A stretch of DNA of 64,000 nucleotides, taken from positions 512,001 to 576,000 of the forward strand of contig JBPOFY010000002.1 in NCBI GenBank assembly GCA_051252375.1, given 5' to 3'. Shown here piece by piece: positions 18,876-30,278 of this stretch. The position numbers were made by a program, and so were the translations under genes. A model generated the notes under the pieces. That model was not told the origin of the DNA. It was given only the letters and a program-made list of their open reading frames with translations, and searched no databases. The DNA is from Opitutaceae bacterium (GTDB lineage: Bacteria > Verrucomicrobiota > Verrucomicrobiia > Opitutales > Coraliomargaritaceae). Every line of letters begins with the position of its first letter. Within the stretch, counting starts at the first letter, position 1.

Positions 18876-19718
18876 ATGAAGTATTTCGCACTGATTATGT
18901 CTGCGCTGATTTTGCTTTCTAGCGGAGTTCAAGCCAATGCTTCAGTCCGAGCGAGGGCAGAATTGGTGAAAGCATCATCAAACATGCGCAGCATAAGCAT
19001 TGTCTTCGCCACTCAGCAGACTGAAACGGATGTAGGATATGACGCCGAAGAGTTTCTGACGATGAAGGACTTCCTTAAACTAATGGCAGCTTGGGACCTT
19101 ACTGACTCCCGCGTTTTCTTCAGTCATATCGAATACCCTGAATTCAAGAATGATACTCCACCTGTTATAATTACTCCTAAGCAAGAAGGAACGCCTCCTG
19201 AGATTAACTCCGATATCCTGAAATTCCCAATTGGCTATTCCATCGCGGTCTATCCAGACCCAAATGAAATGCCCACTTCGTTGACTCCATTATTGTGGAC
19301 GCGCGGATTACATAAGTTTCAAGAGTTCGACAAACCTTACTCAGGGCATATCGCTTTTCTCGATGGGCATGTTAACTACTTCGAAGGCGAACCTGGGAAC
19401 CAAGACCCTGATCTAATCAAGGTATTCGAAGAAGGTAGTCCCTACTCCTCAGCAATCCGCATCCTAGAACACGTCCCAGACGATTGGGTTGAAACGGCTC
19501 CACTTCCAATCCGCTATCGGGAAGGAGCTAGAATCCCTTTTTTCGCGCGCTATGGTGCTTTATTCTTTTTATTCATCCCCCCGCTGCTTAGCGGATTCTT
19601 AGCCATCATATTCAAGAGAACGGGCACACCCTTCTACCAAAGAGTCATAAGTGGCGCTAAAACTTTCACCATCGTATTGATATTCACAGTCCTGCTCTCC
19701 TCGATATTTCTATGCTAA
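18876..19718 (+). CDS. Pilin/pseudopilin-like (H-X9-DG-related) exported protein with C-terminal TM segments
   Basis: VRARAELVKASSNMRSI helix, PLLWTRGL, GHIAFLDGHV; visibly lower GC; alternative GTG start at 18858. Confidence 0.65.
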   Translation: MKYFALIMSALILLSSGVQANASVRARAELVKASSNMRSISIVFATQQTETDVGYDAEEFLTMKDFLKLMAAWDLTDSRVFFSHIEYPEFKNDTPPVIITPKQEGTPPEINSDILKFPIGYSIAVYPDPNEMPTSLTPLLWTRGLHKFQEFDKPYSGHIAFLDGHVNYFEGEPGNQDPDLIKVFEEGSPYSSAIRILEHVPDDWVETAPLPIRYREGARIPFFARYGALFFLFIPPLLSGFLAIIFKRTGTPFYQRVISGAKTFTIVLIFTVLLSSIFLC

Positions 19719-19763
19719 AGAACGCTGAGCACGTAGAACTTAAAAGAGCCTCTAGTTTAGATT

Positions 19764-19812
19764 CTCCGTAACTTCGCGCTCTCCAGTGACCGGAGAGAAC
19801 GGGTGGTTATAA
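19764..19812 (-). repeat. Right inverted repeat flanking the accessory gene
   Basis: Reverse complement reads TTATAACCACCCGTTCTCTCCGGTCACTGGAGAGCGCGAAGTTACGGAG. Confidence 0.7.
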
Positions 19813-19854
19813 TTCAATCACTGTAAGTCCACTAGAGACCTGCAACATGGATCG

Positions 19855-21441
<1,587 letters not shown>

Positions 21442-21538
21442 CGGTAGGATCTGCTTAGGAGAAAAGCGATGAAGACAAAGGTTTGCCGGCGTGGGCGCAA
21501 ACGAAAAAAGAGCCGAGAAATGGTAGCTCTGAGAGGAT

Positions 21539-21617
21539 GTAGCCGAGTCAGTCTACTGACTCGGCACGTTGGAAGGGTCTCTTTTCTAACTTACACGGCA
21601 CAGAGTGCCGTGACTAC
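21539..21617. repeat. REP doublet (GTAG-type, dissimilar arms)
   Basis: GTAGCCGAGTCAGTCTACTGACTCGGC and inverted GTAGTCACGGCACTCTGTGCCGTG. Confidence 0.75.
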
Positions 21618-21731
21618 AATTGACCAAAGGAGCCTACTCACCCCAAAAGGTCACACACAGCTCCACCACAGCTTAGGGGTTGATTAAGCAGCCTGATTGT
21701 TAATAGAACCGAGTAAAGAATCCCTAATCGC

Positions 21732-22142
21732 GTGTCTTCCCAAAGCAAAGAAATCCCCGGGCTTCGTGCCGCTCTCGATAAACTTGTCTATTTCCACGAC
21801 AAGGAACGCCTCCCCAGCGATGCACCCCACGCCTTTATTTATTTTATCACCATCACCAATTTCTCTGATACGACCGTGACGATACGAGGGCGCCGCTGGG
21901 TGCTGCGCGACGAAGATGGTCATAGCCACGTCATCGAGGGTGAAGGTATCGTGGGCAAAGAACCGACGATCGCACCGGGTGAAACGTTTACCTACAACAG
22001 TTACCACATGACGCATTGCGCCAGTATTGCGACGGGTTCCTTCCACGGGATTGACAGCTCCGGCTATCCGTTCCATCTCCGCATACCTGAAATCGAGATG
22101 AAAATCCCACCGAATAGCCCAGAAGGCTCGCCCCATACATGA
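21732..22142 (+). CDS. apaG: ApaG-domain protein
   Basis: F.Y.ITITN...RRW...EGEGIVGKEP.I.PGE.F.Y.S. Confidence 0.88.
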   Translation: MSSQSKEIPGLRAALDKLVYFHDKERLPSDAPHAFIYFITITNFSDTTVTIRGRRWVLRDEDGHSHVIEGEGIVGKEPTIAPGETFTYNSYHMTHCASIATGSFHGIDSSGYPFHLRIPEIEMKIPPNSPEGSPHT

Positions 22143-23497
22143 AGTTGATCGACTTGAATCCTAATGGGGCTATCGGCGCCAGTGCCACCTACGTCCAAAT
22201 CGGAGCATTTCACATTTTAGTGGATTCTGGTCTAAACCCGAAGGAATTGGGCTTAGCCGCCACCCCAGACTTTGAACTGATTGAGGACATCGATCTCGAT
22301 TTGATCGTGCTCACTCACTGCCATTTGGATCACCTCGGATCGCTGCCCATCATCGCCGCGCATAATCCGGACACACCGATTATCACCTCGGCTCCGAATG
22401 TTGAGCTCGCACCTCGCATGTTGCGCAACTCGATCAACGTGATGAAGCGCCAGCGCGAGGAGCACGGCATCACCGACTACCCACTCTTTCTGCACCGCGA
22501 CGTGATCCAAGTTTCCAAACAACTCGTCATGCAACGCTTTGAGCGCGGCGAAATCTACCGTAAGGGCGACGAAACCATCGAAGTGATTCTTCACCCCGCC
22601 GGACACGTGGCCGGAGCGGCAGCGGTCGAATTCATCCACAACGGGCGCCGCATCGTGTTTTCGGGCGACGTGCTATTTGAGGCTCAACGCACATTACCGG
22701 GCGCGCACCTACCGACTGGAAAAATCGACACGCTCATACTCGAAACGACACGCGGCGCGAAAGCGCGCAATCCAGAACTGACCCGCGCCTCCGAAGTGGA
22801 TCGACTGGTCACGCAGATCAACGACATCTTAGAACGCGGAGGCAGCTGCCTCATTCCGGTTTTTGCGCTTGGTCGTATGCAGGAGCTTTTCAAAATCATT
22901 TTCGAGGCGCGCAGCTTTGGACGACTGCCAAAATGCCCCATCCACGCCGCAGGACTGGGCATGGATATCTGCAACTACTTTGAAAAGATCCGTAAGCGCA
23001 CGCAGCTCATCGACTTCGACATCAGCATGCTCGAAAAGATGAAGGTGCGCTCGGTCGATCAGAATATGCGCCCTGGACGGGACTTGCCGCGTAAAGGCAT
23101 CTACCTCGTCAGTAGCGGCATGATGGTCGAGCACACGCCCTCATACAAAGTCGCTGCCTCCCTGCTACCCCACGCACAAAATGGGATTTGCTTTGTCGGC
23201 TATTGCGACCCCGACACTCCCGGCGGCAAATTACTCGAAGAGCGCGACAGCGGCAGTTTCTTTTTCGATGCCATGGACTACAGCGCACCGATTCGCGCCT
23301 CGATCGATCAATTCGATCTGAGTGGTCATGCCCATCGCGAAGAATTAAGCGACTATGCCACCCAATCGGAGGCTCGTTCCGTGGTGCTCAACCATGGAGA
23401 CCCCGAAGCTCGCGAATGGTTTTTACGCGATTTAACTGAGCGATTACCACAATCTAAGATTGTCAATCCGACGTCAGGGATTGAGTATACGGTTTGA
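22139..23497 (+). CDS. MBL-fold beta-CASP ribonuclease
   Basis: THCHLDHLG, AGHVAGA, FSGD, PVFALGRMQE, SSGMM, LSGHA, HGD. Confidence 0.9.
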   Translation: MKLIDLNPNGAIGASATYVQIGAFHILVDSGLNPKELGLAATPDFELIEDIDLDLIVLTHCHLDHLGSLPIIAAHNPDTPIITSAPNVELAPRMLRNSINVMKRQREEHGITDYPLFLHRDVIQVSKQLVMQRFERGEIYRKGDETIEVILHPAGHVAGAAAVEFIHNGRRIVFSGDVLFEAQRTLPGAHLPTGKIDTLILETTRGAKARNPELTRASEVDRLVTQINDILERGGSCLIPVFALGRMQELFKIIFEARSFGRLPKCPIHAAGLGMDICNYFEKIRKRTQLIDFDISMLEKMKVRSVDQNMRPGRDLPRKGIYLVSSGMMVEHTPSYKVAASLLPHAQNGICFVGYCDPDTPGGKLLEERDSGSFFFDAMDYSAPIRASIDQFDLSGHAHREELSDYATQSEARSVVLNHGDPEAREWFLRDLTERLPQSKIVNPTSGIEYTV

Positions 23498-23534
23498 TTT
23501 TCACCCAAATCCGTATAACGTCTTATTACACAGT

Positions 23535-23924
23535 ATGAAGGTTGATTACAAAATCTACAAAGAGCACGAACTTGTGATAGAAATCATCTCAGGCGAGACT
23601 ACCATCGAAGGGCTCGCGGATAAAACGAATACACTATTTTCGGATCCCGATTATGATGCGAATTATGTCGGCGTAGCTGACTACCGCCAAGCTGTCTCGC
23701 AAGTCACACGTGCGGAGCTCTATGGTTTCGCTAATTTCATTAATCAGAGCGATCAATTTGGAAAGTCGAAATGGGCGATCATCGCCAATGACCCGATGGT
23801 CGTCGCGCTGAGCCAAGTCTTCCAGCAACGCCTACTCGATCAGAGCAAAATCGGCATTTTCAATTCACCGATCGCCGCAGCGAAATTCATCGAGAAGCCG
23901 GTTTTATTAGACCTGCTAAAGTAA
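23535..23924 (+). CDS. Hypothetical protein (STAS/SpoIIAA-like size and pattern)
   Basis: 129-aa ORF; DP.YD...DYR...KWAII...F.S...A.KF. Confidence 0.7.
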   Translation: MKVDYKIYKEHELVIEIISGETTIEGLADKTNTLFSDPDYDANYVGVADYRQAVSQVTRAELYGFANFINQSDQFGKSKWAIIANDPMVVALSQVFQQRLLDQSKIGIFNSPIAAAKFIEKPVLLDLLK

Positions 23925-23937
23925 AGCGAGTAACCGC

Positions 23938-24882
23938 TTAGCGCCCGAAGAGCTTACCAAACAATCCGCCCTTCTTTTGCTCATCAATACCGAAGTGGAG
24001 GCGACTCAATGCCAATGCAAGACGCTCAACTCGAGGCTCATTGACATTCAAGAAGAAACGCTCAGGCATGCCGCCGGTATTAAAAATCTGCTCTAGATCG
24101 ATTGCTTCTGCGGTAAACCATTCGCACAAGTCTTTGACCTGCTCTAAACCCAATTTCAACTGGGCCTCGGTGTTCAACTTACTTGCCTTCTTTCGCACCG
24201 CCTCTTCTTCCTCGGTCAAACCGACACCGCTCTGATGCAGCAATTCTAACTGCAAGGATTCGTCGAAGCCTTCAGCGACTAATGCAATGGCCTCTGCCAA
24301 ATGCAGCCCACGCTCGCCACGGCGATACGGCATGTGCTTTCGTATGCCAACATCGTCTTTATGCGCGAGTCCATTGAGGAAGGTCTTCAAGTCACCACCG
24401 ACGACGACATTACGGGCGAGCTTTTGCCCGAAATGAACCACCTCGAGAAGCGTGGTCAGTTCTTCGCTCTTCAGCAGCTCCTTCGTATCCTCTGAAAACT
24501 GTAGGAATTTAGCTGGATAGTTTGTAGGCACCTGCAATTTCGCCAAGATCCGCTCGAAAGTATTATCTTCATAGCTTTCCTCTTCAACGGTATCGACCAT
24601 ATCGCCGAAAGGATCATCGAAGGCCAATGTCTCGCGAAGGATATCCATGAGTTTATGGATACGCCCTTTTTTACCGACCAGACCAGGGACACTATTTAAC
24701 TCTTCGAAAGTATACTCGATGTATTTGTTTGGCGTTTCATCGCCGCCCTTGAAGGGCCAGGAAACACCGACATTTTGCCCCAGCTTCGCGATTTCGGTCT
24801 CATTCAAGATCGAATTAAAAAAACGCTTACGAATGTATTCCCATTCTTGCTCGGAATAATGCTCAATATTTTCTTTAGACAT
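23938..24882 (-). CDS. Hypothetical protein with possible HhH/alpha-CTD-like repeats
   Basis: 314-aa ORF starting 10 bp after the ParA-family gene; TFEELNSVPGL motif; C-terminal KKGGLFGKLFGR. Confidence 0.75.
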   Translation of the reverse strand: MSKENIEHYSEQEWEYIRKRFFNSILNETEIAKLGQNVGVSWPFKGGDETPNKYIEYTFEELNSVPGLVGKKGRIHKLMDILRETLAFDDPFGDMVDTVEEESYEDNTFERILAKLQVPTNYPAKFLQFSEDTKELLKSEELTTLLEVVHFGQKLARNVVVGGDLKTFLNGLAHKDDVGIRKHMPYRRGERGLHLAEAIALVAEGFDESLQLELLHQSGVGLTEEEEAVRKKASKLNTEAQLKLGLEQVKDLCEWFTAEAIDLEQIFNTGGMPERFFLNVNEPRVERLALALSRLHFGIDEQKKGGLFGKLFGR

Positions 24883-24892
24883 AACTGAATAC

Positions 24893-25780
24893 TTAGGCTT
24901 GTGCTGGGGTTTGTAAAATCTCTTCGGCGACTTGTGCGTAATCATCTCGGACCGATTCCTCAGTCCCAAGGTTCCCGATTAAATTTACCGGAAGACCTAG
25001 CGTAACTGCGCGACGAACGATTATAGCATCGCGGATCTGCGCATCAAGGATTCGTGCATCCTTCGCGATACGTCCCTGATTCTTAAATTGGTTAATGCGA
25101 AACTGCATGCGCATCTTAGGCACATCGATATCTACATTGCTTTTGATCGAGTTAAAAATCACCCCACGCACTTGCGCCGTAGGTTGCATACCAGCAACGC
25201 GGAAACTAGCGCTGAGATGGTGAAACTGCTGCAACTTGCCCACCAAAAGGGTAAAGCCGATCAAGCTAAGCGCATCGGGATTGGCCGGCACGTAAACTTC
25301 ACTACTACAAAAAATCCCACACTGCGCGGCAAATAAGACATTGGGCGGACAGTCAAAGATGATGAAGTCGTATTCATCTTCGACCTCAGCCAACTGTTCT
25401 TGAAAAATCGCAAATGCAGGCCGCCCATCAGGCGACTCAAAATCGTGCTCCAAATCAACCAAAGTAAACGTAGTCGGCACGACATCTAAGCCCGGCAGCA
25501 AGGCTTGCCCTTCGGGACCACGAATCACATCGCGCACAATACAATCTCGCAAACGGCAGACACCGGGCTCGAAGATAGAATACAAATGCCCCGAGTCTGC
25601 GGTATTCAAAGGATTCCAACGCTCCAAACGCATCGTCCAAATACTCGAGTTCGACTGAGCATCCAAATCGATTAACAAAACGCGATTTCCCTTCTCTGCG
25701 AGAGCGGCTGCTAAATTTACGACGAGCGAAGTCTTTCCGACCCCACCCTTGTAGTTAATGAAACTTAATTTACGTGGCAT
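24893..25780 (-). CDS. ParA/Soj-family ATPase (orphan)
   Basis: NYKGGVGKT deviant Walker A, LLIDLDAQ.N, YDFIIFDCPP. Confidence 0.9.
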   Translation of the reverse strand: MPRKLSFINYKGGVGKTSLVVNLAAALAEKGNRVLLIDLDAQSNSSIWTMRLERWNPLNTADSGHLYSIFEPGVCRLRDCIVRDVIRGPEGQALLPGLDVVPTTFTLVDLEHDFESPDGRPAFAIFQEQLAEVEDEYDFIIFDCPPNVLFAAQCGIFCSSEVYVPANPDALSLIGFTLLVGKLQQFHHLSASFRVAGMQPTAQVRGVIFNSIKSNVDIDVPKMRMQFRINQFKNQGRIAKDARILDAQIRDAIIVRRAVTLGLPVNLIGNLGTEESVRDDYAQVAEEILQTPAQA

Positions 25781-25895
25781 AACAACGTAGACCCAATCGT
25801 CATTCGAGCAGCAAGACAACACGCTACTGCATAAAAGAATAGTAAAATCAAAAACAAGATGGGGTATAAAGCCCAAATAACAGCTACGTAATCGA

Positions 25896-27554
25896 CTAAA
25901 CCAGAAGCTCTTCCGCGTGCGCACGGGCAGAAGCCGAGTTGCGATCCCCCAACATACGAGCCAGTTCTTCGAGACGATTTTCACGCGATTCGTGGATCGG
26001 ACCAATCGCAACCGTGGTGGAATCATCATCCTGCGATTTAGTAACGACGAAATGATTTTGCGCCAGCGATGCCACTTGAGGGAGGTGCGTCACGCAGAGC
26101 ACCTGATGTCGCCCCGATAGACGTGCAAGCTCAGCGCCGACCGCACGCCCCACTTCACCGCCGACATTTGCATCGACCTCGTCGAAGACGAGTAGCGGCG
26201 TGGCGTCGGCCTCCGCCAGCACCGTCTTCAATGCAAGCATCACACGGGCAGTCTCACCACTCGATGCGATTTTGTTGAGCGGCAAAAGATCTTGTCCGGC
26301 ATTGGGTGAGAAAAGAAAACGGCAGCCACTATCACCATGTTCAGTGAGTTCTTTCTCAGACAGCATTTCAATCGCGAGACGCGCTTTCTTAAAGCCGAGA
26401 GCCTGCAGCAATGCCGCGGCTTTTTCGGAGAGCACTTTAGCGGCCTTCGCGCGAGCTTTGGTGATTTTCTGCGCCTGCTTCTCCAGTTGCTTCTCCTGTT
26501 TAACAGCAGCCGCCCGCTTCGCTTCAAGCACGCCTTCGATGTCGCCTTGCACGGCAAGTTTTTGCGCCAACTCTACACGCTTACCGAGCACCGCCTCAAC
26601 GCTGCTACCATATTTCCGACGCAACTCTTGCCACAGATTCATCCGCTCCGTGGTGGCCTCGATCGTATCGGGATCAAAATCAAAATCGCTCGAGAGATGC
26701 CCGACTTCGTCACCCACATCCTGTAACTCAATCAACAAGCTCTGAACGCGTTCGTGTAATGGCTGCGAACCGGGGTCCAACTCTGCCAGTGATTCAATGC
26801 GGGCAACCAATGCACTCAATTGTTCGCTCAAGCCATTCTCGCCCGAAATAGCATCCGCGCAACCACTGGCCAACGCGACCAATTCTTGCGCACTGGACAT
26901 GCGAGTGTAATCGCGCTCCAACGCCTCAATGGATTCTTCGCTCACATTAACTGCATCGATCTTATTAATCTGCTTTTGCACAAACTCAATTTCGTCCGGA
27001 TCTAATCGCTCTCCGGTTTCGAGAGCAGCAATCTCTTTCAGCGCGTCGCGCCATACTCCGTAGTCCGCGCCATAGTCGGCAACTGCTTTATCATTGCCCG
27101 CATAGGCGTCCAGCATACGCAACTGGCATTTCTCTTGAAAAAGTTTCTGCGGCTCACCAGGTCCGTGAAAATCGATCCACGACTCGCCTAGATTTTGCAA
27201 CTGAGTCAGCGTCGCCATGCTGCCATTGATCTGTATGCGAGGCATCTTACTCTTATGGATACTGCGCTGTAAGAGAAGCACGCCGTCTTCACAAACCGGT
27301 AGCCCTGCACCATCAAGCAATCCATCGATTTCGGCAGAATCTTCAAAATACAGAGCGGCTTCGACTTCGACCGCATCGGTGCCTTGTCGAATCAAAGACT
27401 TATCCGTGCGGGCACCCGCCAACAAACCAAGCGCCCCGAGCAACACACTTTTACCTGCTCCGGTCTCACCCGTCACTGCCGTGAAGCCAGACTCAAACTC
27501 CAGCGTGACTTGATCCAACAGCGCGAGGTCTTTGATTTTCAGATATTGGAGCAT
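25896..27554 (-). CDS. recN: DNA repair protein RecN
   Basis: TGETGAGKS, IASSGE.ARVMLA, LVFDEVD, CVTHLPQVA, ELARMLG. Confidence 0.96.
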   Translation of the reverse strand: MLQYLKIKDLALLDQVTLEFESGFTAVTGETGAGKSVLLGALGLLAGARTDKSLIRQGTDAVEVEAALYFEDSAEIDGLLDGAGLPVCEDGVLLLQRSIHKSKMPRIQINGSMATLTQLQNLGESWIDFHGPGEPQKLFQEKCQLRMLDAYAGNDKAVADYGADYGVWRDALKEIAALETGERLDPDEIEFVQKQINKIDAVNVSEESIEALERDYTRMSSAQELVALASGCADAISGENGLSEQLSALVARIESLAELDPGSQPLHERVQSLLIELQDVGDEVGHLSSDFDFDPDTIEATTERMNLWQELRRKYGSSVEAVLGKRVELAQKLAVQGDIEGVLEAKRAAAVKQEKQLEKQAQKITKARAKAAKVLSEKAAALLQALGFKKARLAIEMLSEKELTEHGDSGCRFLFSPNAGQDLLPLNKIASSGETARVMLALKTVLAEADATPLLVFDEVDANVGGEVGRAVGAELARLSGRHQVLCVTHLPQVASLAQNHFVVTKSQDDDSTTVAIGPIHESRENRLEELARMLGDRNSASARAHAEELLV

Positions 27555-27563
27555 AACAAAAAA

Positions 27564-28130
27564 CTAAGAAGCGAGACCTAAGGTCTTCACCATCAACTGA
27601 GCCAGCAAAGTGAGCGGAAACATAGAGACTAGAAAGGTCACGACCAAACAGATAAATGTTTTGAGCAAAGTGAGGCGCAATGCCGCAGAAATCGAAAACA
27701 AGAGGATGATATAGCCATAAACAAAGCCCACAAAAATAAGTGGAAACCAATTGGCGATCACTTCGGGCTCAATCGACATCAAGGCAGGGATCAAACCAGC
27801 AAACAACAGCGTCCAAGGGATCAACCCAAGCCCCAGCGCCGTGCGAGCCTCGGCAAATGTCGCCTGCCCACCGAACCAACGACCAAAGTTACGCAATAAA
27901 TACGCGATCAGGCAAAGCCCGACCAGTCCAGCGAGTGCACCCGCGACAAGTATGCCACCTGAAGCTTGCTCGGCATATAAATAAATACGCCCCGCTTGAA
28001 CCAAACCAAATGCAGCCCCGGCTATCAGCGCCATCAAGTGCCCTTGCCCCGCATCCAACAGTGCGCGCACCGTGGCACCGGGTCGAAACCAGAACTTAAA
28101 AACAGATGCTTGTGATGACGAATATGACAT
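27564..28130 (-). CDS. Yip1-family membrane protein
   Basis: WFRP..T motif, five hydrophobic segments, GRWFGGQA.F. Confidence 0.75.
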   Translation of the reverse strand: MSYSSSQASVFKFWFRPGATVRALLDAGQGHLMALIAGAAFGLVQAGRIYLYAEQASGGILVAGALAGLVGLCLIAYLLRNFGRWFGGQATFAEARTALGLGLIPWTLLFAGLIPALMSIEPEVIANWFPLIFVGFVYGYIILLFSISAALRLTLLKTFICLVVTFLVSMFPLTLLAQLMVKTLGLAS

Positions 28131-28232
28131 AAATAAGAGAGCAGAGAAAACAGAAGCTGCGGCGGGCGCAAGTCTGACTCGAAAAGAAGACTTTAAAAGC
28201 CCGCACTTATCGGTATTCCTCTCCGCTCGCTC

Positions 28233-30167
28233 ATGCTTACCGTATCCAAAATCAGTAAAGGCTTCGGCCAAAAAACCCTCTTCACCGACATCTCGCTACG
28301 TTTACTACGAGGCGAGCGGCTGGGGCTGGTGGGCCCCAATGGTGCCGGTAAAACGACTTTATTTTCAATTATCCTGGGCGATGCCGAGCAAGACAGCGGA
28401 TTGATCGAACTGGAGCGCGATATCAAAATCGGCTTTCTCCCGCAGGAAAGCGCCCCGACCGGCGAAGAAACGGTGGCAGAACTCGCGACATCGATCTCAC
28501 CGGAATTTACCAAGATCTACGAGACACTGCGCAAGCATCCGGACCCGAACGATACCGATCGGCTCGATGCGATGGAAAAATTCGTTGAGCTCGATGGCTA
28601 CAACCTTGAAGCCAAGGCCAAACGCATCCTCGCAGGGCTCGCCTTCCGCGCGGAAGACTTCGACATTCCAGCCCACACACTGAGCGGTGGTTGGATCATG
28701 CGTGCACACCTCGCCCGACTATTGGTCATGGAGCCTGACCTGCTCATGCTCGACGAGCCGACCAATCACCTTGATCTCGAAACACTCGGCTGGTTCCAAA
28801 ACCAGCTCACACGCTATTCTGGTGCGATCCTCACCATTTCGCACGACCGTGAATTCCTGAATGCGATCTGCGACGGTATCGTCGAGATTGCCCATGGCCG
28901 CCTCAACCGCTACCACGGCAACTATGAGAAATACTTAACCCAAAAGGCTGACCGCGAGGCGCAGCACCTCGCCGCCTTTAATAATCAGCAACGGGAAATT
29001 GCTCACCTTGAAGACTTCGTGCGCCGCTTTCGCGCTAAAGCCAGCAAGGCCTCGCAAGCGCAAGCCCGCCTCAAGCAGCTCGAAAAGATGGAGCGCATCG
29101 CCGCACCGGAAAGTGACGCCGACACCATTTCGTTCTCGTTTCCGCAACCACAGCGTAGTGGACAACGCATCGCTACACTGGAAAAAGTCGATCAAGCCTA
29201 TGGTGACCATGTCGTTTACACCGACCTGAGCATGCAAATCGAAAAAGGCCAGCGCATCGTCTTGGTCGGCCCCAATGGTTCTGGCAAGTCCACCTTGCTG
29301 AAGATTCTCTCCGGCGCAGTGCCCATTCAAGCCGGCACCAGCGAACTCGGGCACAACGTCAGCGTGGGCTACTTCTCGCAGCAACGCGTGGAGATCCTAA
29401 ACGTGGAGCGCACCGTCCTCGACGAAGCGATGGAAAAGATCGAAACCGGGATGAACGAGCAAAAAGTGCGCGGTATCTTAGGCGCCTTCCTCTTTCGCGG
29501 TGATGATGTCTTCAAAAAAGTCAAAGTGCTCAGCGGTGGCGAAAAAAGCCGCCTCGCACTAGTGAAGCTATTACTGTCTCCACCCAATTTCCTCCTACTC
29601 GACGAGCCGACCACTCACCTCGACATGCCAAGTATTGATGCGCTCATCGGAGCACTCAAAGACTACACCGGCACACTGGTCTTCGTCAGTCACGACGTGC
29701 ACTTCATCCGCGCGATCGCTCAAAGCACCATCCAAATTCAAGCAGGTACGACCACCGTCTATGCAGGCGACTACGACTATTATTTACGTAAGTCTGGTGC
29801 CTCATCCGAGCAAAGTGGCCTCGTCGCAGGTCTCAAAAACGCTCGCCCCGACGGCAGCCCAGTTACCCAGGGCAAAAGCGAAAAAATCAGCGCCAAGGAC
29901 CGCCGACGTCAAGCCGCGGAAGCCCGCAAGAATGCCTCCGGTGGCCGCAAGAGCATTGAAAGCCGTATCGCCAGACTGGAAGCCGAAATTGTCTCGCTGG
30001 AAAGTGACCAAGTCGAGCTCTCCAAACAGCTGGAGAACCCCAGCACCTACAACGACCCCGAGCAGGCAAAAGAGCTAAATATCAAAGCCGCACGCATTTC
30101 CAAACGCCTCGAAGAGAAAAACTACGAGTGGGAAGCTACTGCAGAGGAGCTCAGCAAGCTAACATAA
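28233..30167 (+). CDS. ABC-F family ATP-binding protein
   Basis: Two ABC domains (GPNGAGKTT/LSGGW/LDEPTNHLD; GPNGSGKST/LSGGEK/LDEPT), no TM segments, C-terminal coiled coil. Confidence 0.94.
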   Translation: MLTVSKISKGFGQKTLFTDISLRLLRGERLGLVGPNGAGKTTLFSIILGDAEQDSGLIELERDIKIGFLPQESAPTGEETVAELATSISPEFTKIYETLRKHPDPNDTDRLDAMEKFVELDGYNLEAKAKRILAGLAFRAEDFDIPAHTLSGGWIMRAHLARLLVMEPDLLMLDEPTNHLDLETLGWFQNQLTRYSGAILTISHDREFLNAICDGIVEIAHGRLNRYHGNYEKYLTQKADREAQHLAAFNNQQREIAHLEDFVRRFRAKASKASQAQARLKQLEKMERIAAPESDADTISFSFPQPQRSGQRIATLEKVDQAYGDHVVYTDLSMQIEKGQRIVLVGPNGSGKSTLLKILSGAVPIQAGTSELGHNVSVGYFSQQRVEILNVERTVLDEAMEKIETGMNEQKVRGILGAFLFRGDDVFKKVKVLSGGEKSRLALVKLLLSPPNFLLLDEPTTHLDMPSIDALIGALKDYTGTLVFVSHDVHFIRAIAQSTIQIQAGTTTVYAGDYDYYLRKSGASSEQSGLVAGLKNARPDGSPVTQGKSEKISAKDRRRQAAEARKNASGGRKSIESRIARLEAEIVSLESDQVELSKQLENPSTYNDPEQAKELNIKAARISKRLEEKNYEWEATAEELSKLT

Positions 30168-30278
30168 ATTCGACTTAGCCCATTAATTGCACCGCTAAAG
30201 CTGGGTTTGCGCTTTACACGCTCGCTTAGGAAAGGGATGCTTCGCGCTTTGTTTCTACAAGCTTTCACATCTAAGCAG

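Noticed and set aside
21520..21538. Minus-strand ATCCTCTCAGAGCTACCA has the spacing of a tRNA 3' end (possible att duplication); the plus strand also recalls a 16S rRNA motif
   Set aside because: Only about 18 nt, no matching tRNA or integrase in the window and no further rRNA similarity; compatible with chance
21684..22136. Minus-strand ORF ending NNQAA, like an SsrA tag or transposase tail
   Set aside because: It is antisense to a convincing apaG; no tmRNA ends or transposase motifs seen
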